Source: a virus
Virus record (IMG/VR): IMGVR_UViG_3300045988_151591
Coordinates: 34,841-98,840 of that record
DNA: 64,000 bases
Strand: one strand, 5' to 3'
Both the position numbers and the translations under genes were made by a program. The first letter of the stretch is position 1, and every line of letters starts with the position of its first letter. The notes below the pieces were generated by a model. That model ran no database searches, was not told the origin of the DNA, and worked only from the letters and a program-made list of their open reading frames with translations. This document shows positions 28,638 to 37,696 of the stretch, one piece after another.

Positions 28638-29672
28638 ATGAACAATCCAAAAAAAATAGACTTACATCTTCCCCGACATTGGAATCTCTGCACTACGGAA
28701 CAACTGGAGCTGATAGCCGACGTGATACGCGAGCAGGTGGAGCGGCAGGACAGATACCACCCCTTCGACATGCGCAACGTGAAGGTGGCGATCTTCTTCG
28801 TCCTGTCGGGTTTGGAGATAGTGGCGCTGCCCGACTCTCGCCTCGACATCAGCGAGCAGTATTACCTCTGCCGTATGCAGGACGACGAGGACAACGACAC
28901 CTTTCCGCTGTATCTGTGGCAGATCAACTATTGGCTGACGCCCAAGGCGAAGACCGACGCCCGAAAGTCGGCAGAGTACATCGCTCAGGGAGCAGGCTTG
29001 CTCGACTGGCTTGACAACGAGAACGGTGCCTTTCTCACCCGCTTCCCCTACCCTGTCATCCGGCGACGCCGCGCATGGTGGCGACGCAAGAAGGTGTTCA
29101 GCGGTCCTGCCAACGACCTCGACGGATTTTCGTGGGCGCAGTATCGCTTCGCCTCCGACATGATGCAGACCTACACCCGACTGAGCAACAGCCTCTTGAA
29201 GATGCAGCAGCGCGGCACTTTCACCGACGAGCAGATGCAGCGGCAGATGAAGAACGTGAACGCTGCCCGGACGATGTTTCTCGCCACCATCTTCAACGGC
29301 ACGACCGACTATGTGGACAGCAACACGGGCATGGTGAAACACGACTTCCACTATGAGTTGAACCAGTGGGAGACGAACCAGTCCTATTTCCGCGATTTCC
29401 CCGAAACGGCATGGCAGGTGATACTCTTCTGGTGGACGGGCGTGATGCACACCCTCGCTCATCGTTACCGCCATGTGTTCAAGGTGCAGCCCATCAAGTC
29501 GCAGAAGCCCTCCACGCCCTTGGAGATATACACTGCCACCACCGCCACCATGCAGAAGTATGCCGGTCTGACGGAGGACCAGGTGAACAACCAGAGCTAT
29601 TCCCTCGTGCTGGAGCACCTGGAACGCCTGACGGTGGAGAATGAGGAAATGGAAAAGATAAGGAAAAAGTAA
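28638..29672 (+). CDS. hypothetical protein (344 aa)
   Basis: ORF with Trp/Arg-rich segments. The longer reverse ORF 28662-29765 is judged an antisense shadow. Confidence 0.55.
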   Translation: MNNPKKIDLHLPRHWNLCTTEQLELIADVIREQVERQDRYHPFDMRNVKVAIFFVLSGLEIVALPDSRLDISEQYYLCRMQDDEDNDTFPLYLWQINYWLTPKAKTDARKSAEYIAQGAGLLDWLDNENGAFLTRFPYPVIRRRRAWWRRKKVFSGPANDLDGFSWAQYRFASDMMQTYTRLSNSLLKMQQRGTFTDEQMQRQMKNVNAARTMFLATIFNGTTDYVDSNTGMVKHDFHYELNQWETNQSYFRDFPETAWQVILFWWTGVMHTLAHRYRHVFKVQPIKSQKPSTPLEIYTATTATMQKYAGLTEDQVNNQSYSLVLEHLERLTVENEEMEKIRKK

Positions 29673-29771
29673 GCTTTTAAAGGTAAAAAAGTAAAAAGGT
29701 AAAAAAGTAAAAAGAGCCTTCTTGCTGATTTCTAAGACGAAAAAAGTAATAATCAAACCAAACAAGAGAAT

Positions 29772-30912
29772 ATGAAATACGGACTACCTTACAAAGGAAG
29801 CAAAAACAAGTTGGCAGAGCGCATTGTGCGCCTCCTGCCCAAGCGCACGCACCTCGTAGATTTGTTCTGTGGTGGATGCGCCGTGAGCCATGCTGCCCTG
29901 CTTATGGGCAAGTATGAGCACATACATATCAACGACATCAACTGGATGTGTCCTACGCTATTCATTGATGCCCTTAACGGTAAGTACAATGACGAAAACC
30001 GATGGATTAGCCGTGAAGACTTCTTTCGTCTGAAGGACACTGACCCTTATGTGGCTGTAGTGTGGTCGTTTGGCAACAATCTGCGCGACTATCTTTATTC
30101 TAAAGAGATTGAGCCATTGAAGAAAGCCATACACTATGCCATATTCTTCAGCGACTATTCGCTTGGCAAAGAACTCGGTCACGACCTCTCGTTCATCGAC
30201 CCCATACAAGACCTTCAAAAGCGATACCTTGCCGTGAAGCATTACTTCAATAAGTTGGGTCACTTCCAGCAGCAATCGTTTGAGGGGGGGGCAGAATCAG
30301 CGGATGCAGCAGGAATCCTTCAGTCGCACTACCCGACTTGCCTCAATACAAATGGGGGGGTACTCAGAGGATGCAGTCAGCGGAAGCAAACGAAAGGCTC
30401 AATACATTTCGGAATATCATCCCTTGGAAAGGCTGTCAAATCCAGTCTTTCAAAAAAAAAAAAATACAAGCGACCCAGCGAGCTACAGCACAACGAAGGA
30501 CGAAACATCGTTGCATCGCTTGCAATATCGAGAACGGCAGCACAGTCTGCCCAGATATTCGGGGGGGCAGTTTCTACCTATTACGTCCTCTGTGCTTGAC
30601 TATGAAGAAGTCACGATACCCGAAGACAGCGTGATTTATTGCGACATTCCATACGAGGGTACAGACGGATATTTAGAAAAAGGCAAAGGAGGTTTCGACT
30701 ATGAACGATTCTATCAGTGGTGTGAGCGGCAAACGCAACCCGTATTCATATCCTCTTATCAAATACCCGAAGACCGCTTCGACTGCATAGAAGAGTTTAC
30801 CCATCGTTGCACCTTGGCTCAGAAAGACAACAACCTCGTGACGGAGCGCATCTTCGTTCCCAAGCATCAAGCCGAAAGAGGCAACCGCACCGTGCAGCTC
30901 ACGCTGTTCTGA
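29772..30912 (+). pseudogene. Dam-type N6-adenine methyltransferase, split across two frames by a ~300-bp homopolymer-rich insert
   Basis: N-terminal 'YKGSKNKLAERIVRLLP...LVDLFCGGCAV' is Dam motifs X/I. 'CDIPYEGT' is a DPPY-like motif IV in the 30280-30912 frame. Between them are G8, G8, A13 and G7 tracts, with no stop codons in two frames. Confidence 0.6.
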
Positions 30913-30970
30913 CAAGTATGTCCCACTCAGGAAAAAGCAAAGCAGTAACTTTGCCATAAGCATACGAAGA

Positions 30971-31061
30971 AACAAACGATGCCCATTGTTATATGCAAAC
31001 AATGCCCATTGTTTAACCACAACAATGCCCATTGTTGCATATAAACGATACCCATTGTTTT
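30971..31061. promoter_or_regulatory. array of 4 palindromic sites AACAATG-CC-CATTGTT
   Basis: Read directly at 30971, 30997, 31021 and 31044, upstream of the HU-like gene. The same motif occurs at 6172-6212. Confidence 0.55.
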
Positions 31062-31104
31062 GTTCGGGTAGATGCACAATGTATAATAACTAAATTTTAA
31101 GAAA

Positions 31105-31587
31105 ATGGCATTTTCATTAAAATTGAGCAAGTCGAAAGCCTATAACCCCTCCACCAAGGAGCAGGGCTTTCGCACCACCGTTAAGTCTAACGGCAAAGCA
31201 GACATGGACTCTTTGGTAGCGTCTGCAAGTAAGAACACCACCATGCACAAGGCCGAGCTCCGCATGGCTTTTGAGCTGATGCTTGACGCTATCGCCGAAG
31301 CGCTCACATCGGGAAAGAACGTCGAGCTCAAGGGTATCGGCAACATCGGTTTCTCATGCTCCGGCGCTTGGACCAAGACCGCCGAGGAGCAGACCAAGGT
31401 GGAGCACAAGATCGGTGTAGCCTTCTATCCAAGCAATGAGGTACACGCTGCCGTAGCCACAGCCAAGACATCGTGGACCAAGGATGGCGAGGGCGACGAG
31501 CCTACCACTCCCGGCACAGGCGACTCCGGCACCACGGGTGGCGGCGACCAGAAACCTGGTGGCAACCCTCCCGAGATTGAGTCGTAA
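31105..31587 (+). CDS. HU-like DNA-binding protein (Bacteroidetes HU-HIG type)
   Basis: 'AELRMAFELMLDAIAEALTSGKNVELKGIGNIGFSCSG' is an HU-fold-like segment. Gly/Thr-rich C-terminal tail ending '...GGGDQKPGGNPPEIES'. Confidence 0.5.
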   Translation: MAFSLKLSKSKAYNPSTKEQGFRTTVKSNGKADMDSLVASASKNTTMHKAELRMAFELMLDAIAEALTSGKNVELKGIGNIGFSCSGAWTKTAEEQTKVEHKIGVAFYPSNEVHAAVATAKTSWTKDGEGDEPTTPGTGDSGTTGGGDQKPGGNPPEIES

Positions 31588-31729
31588 AGGCAGCGGGTGT
31601 ATAGCCATTCCAGTTCTTTCCAATTTTGCAAGATTTGGAAAGAACTGGAATACCTACAGACACTCTATAGACAATGTACGATTGTCATATATAAGGATTT
31701 TAATGAATCAATATAAACAAAAAACAATT

Positions 31730-32548
31730 ATGAGAAAATTATTTTCAATTCTTTTTGCGCTTATCGCAGTAGTGATGTTATCCTCGTGCTGTTTTGTGTC
31801 GCCCGATGCCGACGAGGAAACCGTGTTGGTAAAGAAACCATGGTTCTTCGGACACGGAGGTGTTGACAACGACCCAGTTCAGAGTGGTCTGACATGGTGT
31901 GCCCTGAGTACTCATTCTGAAACATTCAAGATTGTGCCTGTACGCCACGAGGTAGTTCTTGACGACATCTTCTCCGACGATAACACGCCGCTCGACTTCC
32001 ATTCTGTCATAGTCACGCAGGTGGAGCAAGGCAAGTCGCCCATACTGTTGCAGAACTATGGACGCGACTGGTTTGATACCAACCTATACAACTACTTCTG
32101 CAATCTTATCAGAGACCATATCTCGCAGTACAGTCCGTTCGATTTGATGTCCAACCGACAGGTATTGAGCACCATCGACAAGAAGATTCTGAAGCAGATG
32201 CAGGATTACGTGGCTGCCCTCTCCAAGCACAAGCCGATGCCCGTCATCATCAAGGACGTTATCATCGGTAAGGCAACCCCAAACAAGGAACAGCTTGCCG
32301 AAATGAACCGCACGGCAAAGATGGTACAGGCCAAGCAGACACAGGAGCGTGAATATGAGGTTCAGGTGGCTCGCGAGAAGGCTGAACGCCAAAAGGCTGT
32401 GGCAGACAAGGCGTATATGAACGAGATGAATCTTAACCCGCAGCAGTTTATTCAACTTAAATGGGTGGAGACCGTGGCTCTGAAGCAGGGCGCAAACATC
32501 GACGTGCTCGTTGGTCCGGCAGAGCACATGTGGAATATCAAACGATAA
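31730..32548 (+). CDS. SPFH/band-7-like lipoprotein
   Basis: Lipoprotein signal 'MRKLFSILFALIAVVMLSSC'. C-terminal 'VIIKDVIIGKATPNKEQLAEMNRTAKMVQAKQTQEREYEVQVAREKAERQKA' resembles HflK/C-stomatin. Confidence 0.55.
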   Translation: MRKLFSILFALIAVVMLSSCCFVSPDADEETVLVKKPWFFGHGGVDNDPVQSGLTWCALSTHSETFKIVPVRHEVVLDDIFSDDNTPLDFHSVIVTQVEQGKSPILLQNYGRDWFDTNLYNYFCNLIRDHISQYSPFDLMSNRQVLSTIDKKILKQMQDYVAALSKHKPMPVIIKDVIIGKATPNKEQLAEMNRTAKMVQAKQTQEREYEVQVAREKAERQKAVADKAYMNEMNLNPQQFIQLKWVETVALKQGANIDVLVGPAEHMWNIKR

Positions 32549-32907
32549 TGTGCGACTACGATATGTAGGCGGACGCAACACGACACCCCGACAACAACAT
32601 AATATAGGCCATAATGCAAAAACGTGAAACATATTGTTAGATTAACTGCGGCTCGCACGGCTTCATTCCCGAAGACTACCAACACTCTCGAACTTTCCAA
32701 TTCTATGAAGTGGACGGGAAAGGGAAGGGAGAACCGACGGGACCGCAGTTTTTTCGCTCAGACGCGGTGCGCCGAATGAGGCAACCGCACCGTGCAGCTC
32801 TCGCAGTTCTGACTCATGTCCGTACCACTAAGACAATTCTTAGTACATTTGTAGTCGAAAAAAGCAACAACAACATACATCAACCCCTAAAAACAGGATA
32901 ACAGAAT

Positions 32908-34701
32908 ATGTCACGCAACAAGAACAGAGTTACCAACTTACAGCAGCTCCAAGATCGTAGTGAGGAGCTGAAGCGCGATGGATATGTGGCCGTGTCGCCC
33001 TCTGCTTTCATCAATCCCAACAGCGGCGCACAAGTCTTCTCATGGAACGATTACGTCCGCTCCATGCTCTTCGAGACAGCCGGCATGACAGCGCAGGGCA
33101 GCTCGTCCACCTCATCGGGAGCACGACGACAGATTTCCACCATCTTCGCCTCCAGCGGCGGCGAGAACAAGGCCAAGCCCAACGGCGTGGGAACACCCGG
33201 ACTGGGCTACATGGAATGGGGCGTGGGCAACCGACTGCCCAACCTCGTCTGGATTCTCTCACGGATGTCGCCATTCACCGCTGCCGGCGTCGACTTCATC
33301 AAGAAGATACTCGTAGGCCACGGACCCTCGCCCAAGTACCACTACACCCAGTACGTAGGCGGCAACATCACCGAGAAATACATCCCCTACGCATCGGCTG
33401 GCACACTGCTCCGCGGACAAATAGCCGACCTCAAGGCACAGGAGGCAGCAGAACGTCAGGCACAACAACAGAACGGCGTAAGCGGCGACCCCGACGATCC
33501 TCTGCATTTCGACAGTCAGCAGACCGAAGGCCAGCCCAAGGACAGCGACGAGATGAAAGCCCTGAAGGATGCGCTCGCCAAATGGGAACAAACCAACCGC
33601 GAGGTACAGAAATTCATAAAGGACAACGACCTGATGCAGACCTTCCTCAACATGGCGGGCGACATGGCGCTCATGTCGCAGTGCTTCGTCGAGCTGCAAC
33701 TCAACCAGCGGCAACTCTCCGATGAGGGCAAGCCGGTACCCACCAGCCAGTGGACCCCCAAGGTCGTGGGACTGAAACACCGCAGCATCTTCACCACCCG
33801 ACTGGAGCGACAGGACTCCAACTATCGCATCAACTATGCCTACGTGTCGAACCAGTGGCTCGACCCCACGCAAGACCGCACCGCACAGTTCGCCGACCTC
33901 GACAAGAGTATCGCCGCAGTGCCCTATCTTCCCGCCGTGTCGGCAGTGAAAGACCTCCATGCAGCCGTGCGCCGTGCCCGTCAGCAGCGAGTGAGCCGCA
34001 AGGACCGCCCCACCCGCTTCATCATGTCGCCACGCGACTATGGCGGTCCCTACTATGCCGATGCCCTCTGGCATTCCATCTTTGCCGGAAGCATCTACGA
34101 GTATGCCTTCACCATTGTCGACGACCGACTCACCCGTAAGCGCAACTCCAACATCATCGGTCGCGTCATCTACATTCACCAGGAATATCTCAAGAACCTC
34201 TACACCCAGCAGGGCGACAAGAAGACCAAGACCATGGCGCAGCTTCAGCAGGAGGTGTTCAGCGACATCAACACGTGGCTCTCCAATCCCGACAATGCGG
34301 GTCAGGCTCTTATCTCTGCCGTGTTCACCGGCGCCGACGGCAAGGAGCACAAGGCATGGGAGATTGTGGAGATAGAGAGCAAGGCCAACTCGCAAGCGCA
34401 AGCCGAGAAGACCGAGCTGCAGGAAATCACAAGCATCATCTTCTTCGCCATGGGCCTCGACTCCAAGCTCATCGGCAACACCCCAGGCGACGCAACCTCA
34501 TCGGGCGGCACCGACCTCCGTGAGCGTTTCCTCGTCAAGCAGATACAGTTTGCCCCATTGCAGCAGCTCATGCTCCGAGCCTTGGAGGTAATCGACGATT
34601 TCAATGAATGGGACACACACCTCGAATGGCAGATAGACCGTGAGGTGCTTACCACCCTCGACAACTCGAAGACAGGCGTCAAGAAGCAGGAACAGGAGTA
34701 A
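32908..34701 (+). CDS. portal-like protein candidate (597 aa)
   Basis: Size and position at the head of a structural operon. No motif certainty. Confidence 0.35.
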   Translation: MSRNKNRVTNLQQLQDRSEELKRDGYVAVSPSAFINPNSGAQVFSWNDYVRSMLFETAGMTAQGSSSTSSGARRQISTIFASSGGENKAKPNGVGTPGLGYMEWGVGNRLPNLVWILSRMSPFTAAGVDFIKKILVGHGPSPKYHYTQYVGGNITEKYIPYASAGTLLRGQIADLKAQEAAERQAQQQNGVSGDPDDPLHFDSQQTEGQPKDSDEMKALKDALAKWEQTNREVQKFIKDNDLMQTFLNMAGDMALMSQCFVELQLNQRQLSDEGKPVPTSQWTPKVVGLKHRSIFTTRLERQDSNYRINYAYVSNQWLDPTQDRTAQFADLDKSIAAVPYLPAVSAVKDLHAAVRRARQQRVSRKDRPTRFIMSPRDYGGPYYADALWHSIFAGSIYEYAFTIVDDRLTRKRNSNIIGRVIYIHQEYLKNLYTQQGDKKTKTMAQLQQEVFSDINTWLSNPDNAGQALISAVFTGADGKEHKAWEIVEIESKANSQAQAEKTELQEITSIIFFAMGLDSKLIGNTPGDATSSGGTDLRERFLVKQIQFAPLQQLMLRALEVIDDFNEWDTHLEWQIDREVLTTLDNSKTGVKKQEQE

Positions 34702-34773
34702 CCCTCCCCTCCCTGACTTCCGTCCCGACAACAACATCTTTTTTTCACCCAGCACATAACAGCACAACACATC

Positions 34774-35883
34774 ATGATACTTTCCACCAATCAAGAACTT
34801 CGGCTTATCCTGCCCAGCAATGCCGTGGACGATATAGCCAACCTGCAGGGCGTGCTCGACAACAGCGAGAAGGACTTCCTGCAGGACAAGTTGGGCAAGC
34901 CGCTCTACACACGGCTCTGCGAATACTACACCACCCTGGGCGGCGACGGCTTCTATCAGCAGAAGACCGACGGATCCTATGCCAAGAAACCATGGAGCGT
35001 CCTCCTCAACCTCGCCCAGCGCATGGTGGTCAACGACGCCATGGCGCGATACGCCTACCAGCAAATCCTTTCGGTCAACGGCGCAGGCGTCAACATCGCC
35101 TCCTCTACCGATTACGACCCCGCCACAGAGATACTCCTCGACAAGGGAGTGGCAGGATATAGGATGGAGGCCATGGTGTCGCTCAACAACCTCTTGAAAC
35201 TCCTTGAAAACTGGGCAGTCAGCATCAACACGCCAGCCGAAACAGCCGCCCCGAAAGACGGCAGCGCAAGTACAGAAGTACCAAAGGGCGAAAGTACAGA
35301 AGTACCTGACGACGGAAAATCCGACATACCACAGGACGAAAATGCCGAAGCCCATACAGCTATCGAGGAGATAGTGCTGTTGTGGCAGGAGAGCAAGTAC
35401 TACTATCTGCACCACGACCTCCTCTTTCCTACGTGCAGCGTCCTTGAGCAGTATCTTAGCGTGCACGACAACCGCGACAAGTTTATCCGTCTGTTGCCCG
35501 ACATCCGCTACGTACAGGACGAATACATAGCCGACGTGTTCGGCGACGAGCTCATCGACCGTCTTCAGCATGCCGACGACCGCGACAAACTCCTCCGTAA
35601 GGTGCGCCGACTGATGACCGCCTACCTCGTGGAGCGAACCACCGTCATCGCCTTTGACAAGGCTACCCGACTGTTGGCGCACAACGAGTCCATCTCGCTC
35701 CGCGATTCCGTCTATCGCCTCCTCAATGCCGAGAAGCAGGCTCAGGAAGCCGCCGATAGCAATGCCTCCTCCTCCACTTCCACCACGACCGCCGCTCCCT
35801 CATCATCCGCTGCAGACAAATCCGGCGGCTACGAGAATAACCAGGAGGGCGGCAAGATATTCGTCACACCACTCATGTTCTAA
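34774..35883 (+). CDS. hypothetical structural protein (369 aa)
   Basis: ORF with an acidic central region and a Ser/Thr-rich C-terminus. Confidence 0.5.
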   Translation: MILSTNQELRLILPSNAVDDIANLQGVLDNSEKDFLQDKLGKPLYTRLCEYYTTLGGDGFYQQKTDGSYAKKPWSVLLNLAQRMVVNDAMARYAYQQILSVNGAGVNIASSTDYDPATEILLDKGVAGYRMEAMVSLNNLLKLLENWAVSINTPAETAAPKDGSASTEVPKGESTEVPDDGKSDIPQDENAEAHTAIEEIVLLWQESKYYYLHHDLLFPTCSVLEQYLSVHDNRDKFIRLLPDIRYVQDEYIADVFGDELIDRLQHADDRDKLLRKVRRLMTAYLVERTTVIAFDKATRLLAHNESISLRDSVYRLLNAEKQAQEAADSNASSSTSTTTAAPSSSAADKSGGYENNQEGGKIFVTPLMF

Positions 35884-35913
35884 AACCCCGACAACAATAA
35901 AAGACACAACAAT

Positions 35914-36990
35914 ATGAACAAAGAGCAAATCATTCAGATACTCACGCCGGCACTCAACACCCGAATGCTGACTGCCGAACAGAAAGAAGCCTTCGAGCAG
36001 GGACTGACACTGCTTGAAAGCGTGCCCAGCGCACAGGCTTTCGTGCGCGACTCGCATCGTTTCCGCGACTACCACCGCCGTGTGCGCCAGTTGATCACCA
36101 GCCTGCAGATTATCCCCATCCCCGAAATTGCCGAAGCCAAGCGCCACGTGGGCCGACCCACCAAGGAGGAGCAGGCACGATACAACGAACAGCAGAAGCA
36201 GAAAGCCCTCGACGAAGCCCGCCAGTCGCTCTTCCCCGAGGTGAAGCCCAACGTGGCCGTACAGCCACTCACCTATGGCGGTATCGTGGCCAACCCCAAC
36301 GGCGAGAGCATCGCCGCCACCATGCCCAACCTCGCACAGATACGTCCTTTCCTCAGTCCTGCCCTTCAACAGCGCGTCAATACCGTGCGCGACCTCCGCA
36401 ACGAGATGGCGAGCAAGGCCGAGCAAGCCAAGACGATGGCAGAAGCCAACGAGAAGTCGCAACAGCAGAACAAGGGCATCCTCTACACTGAAGCCGAGAT
36501 AGCGTTGCTCGCCACCCGTGCGACAGAGATAGAGAGCCACATCCTGCCCGATATTTACATGGCAGTGGACCGCGAAATGGGCGAAGTCTATCTCCGATTG
36601 AATCAGCGCAACGGCGACCCCGAATATATTGCCTATGTGGAAAAGACTTTCAGTTTGTCGCCACAGGAACTGCGTACCCAGCTCAAGCCCTTCTATGAGA
36701 AAGCACAAGAGCGCGACCCTCGTTTTGCCGTCAGCATAGCAGAGAAAATCGCTGCCGACCGACCCGAGGTGAAAGCCGCACGCGACAAGGCAGCCAAGCA
36801 CAAGGCCGAAGCTGATGCCATCATCAAGTATATCATCCGCAAGGACAAGCCAAGTACCAAGGCAAGGGTGAAGGGACTGAAGGAGCGTATCGACCGTTTG
36901 CGCCAGGAGTATGCCGACATCGTAACCGAAGACGAACTCACCGGCTACGAGGCCATCCTTACCAAGACCATCGCCGAAGCGGGAGTCTAA
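35914..36990 (+). CDS. hypothetical coiled-coil protein (358 aa)
   Basis: Lys/Glu/Ala-rich, scaffold-like. Confidence 0.5.
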   Translation: MNKEQIIQILTPALNTRMLTAEQKEAFEQGLTLLESVPSAQAFVRDSHRFRDYHRRVRQLITSLQIIPIPEIAEAKRHVGRPTKEEQARYNEQQKQKALDEARQSLFPEVKPNVAVQPLTYGGIVANPNGESIAATMPNLAQIRPFLSPALQQRVNTVRDLRNEMASKAEQAKTMAEANEKSQQQNKGILYTEAEIALLATRATEIESHILPDIYMAVDREMGEVYLRLNQRNGDPEYIAYVEKTFSLSPQELRTQLKPFYEKAQERDPRFAVSIAEKIAADRPEVKAARDKAAKHKAEADAIIKYIIRKDKPSTKARVKGLKERIDRLRQEYADIVTEDELTGYEAILTKTIAEAGV

Positions 36991-37027
36991 GATGTCGTTT
37001 TGTTTTTAGTGCTTATTTTAGTCAGAA

Positions 37028-37696
37028 ATGACTGGAAATTCTATCATAGAGAAGAGTCAGGATATGGAGAAGTCCGAAAAGTTTAAGGCATTGTGTATCG
37101 CCATCCTTGCCCAGAGCGGCAACTGCCAGGAGTCGCAACTTGCCTTTCGTGGCACGGAGAGCATACAGCAGATGTGCGCTGCGTGGCACAAGTATTGGCA
37201 CGGCATGATAACCGAAGTGCCACAGCAGGTCATGGCAGCTTTTCGTGACTTCTATCCTGACTATAAGAGCGAGATAAATGCTGCCGGCATCTTCTACAAC
37301 GAGGACTCGCCTACAGGCAATGTGCTCATCGGCGACAGCACAGAGACCATCCACCTCTATCATGCCCACACGGCCTATATCCTGGGCAACGCCCGTGTCG
37401 TGCTGCACAACATCGCCTCTGCCCTGGTTATGAATCCCGACTGCCATGTAGAGTTGCGCGACTTCTCACGGGCCACCGTCAAGGAAGGTCACGCCGTGGC
37501 ACGCAACCAGTCCCGACTGACCACCAATGCCTCTGCCGAGTGTTATGACATGTCGGTGGTCAACATCACAGCAGGCACACTCACCGACCATGGCCACAGA
37601 GCTGTCTACGCTTTCGGTAATGCCGTCGTCAACTCCTTCACCCGTCAGTTTATCTCTATATACGACAACGCTCAAGTAAATATCAAGAAACAATGA
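37028..37696 (+). CDS. hypothetical protein (222 aa)
   Basis: ORF. Overlaps the next gene by 4 bp. Confidence 0.5.
   Translation: MTGNSIIEKSQDMEKSEKFKALCIAILAQSGNCQESQLAFRGTESIQQMCAAWHKYWHGMITEVPQQVMAAFRDFYPDYKSEINAAGIFYNEDSPTGNVLIGDSTETIHLYHAHTAYILGNARVVLHNIASALVMNPDCHVELRDFSRATVKEGHAVARNQSRLTTNASAECYDMSVVNITAGTLTDHGHRAVYAFGNAVVNSFTRQFISIYDNAQVNIKKQ

Noticed and set aside
28662-29765. 367-aa reverse-strand ORF overlapping the 28638-29672 gene
   Set aside because: Low-complexity, His/Gly/Leu-rich translation typical of the antisense of a GC-rich coding frame. The forward ORF fits the operon orientation and has a sensible start after the repeat array.
30673-31130. Reverse ORFs 30673-31077 and 30927-31130 over the Dam 3' part and palindrome array
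   Set aside because: They cross the clearly non-coding palindromic repeat array and lie antisense to the Dam remnant.
33259-36801. Long reverse-strand ORFs (33259-34401, 34498-35682, 35803-36801) opposite the portal-like and structural genes
   Set aside because: These are antisense shadows in a GC-rich region. Their translations are repetitive and His/Gly/Val-rich. The forward genes form a tightly spaced co-directional operon.
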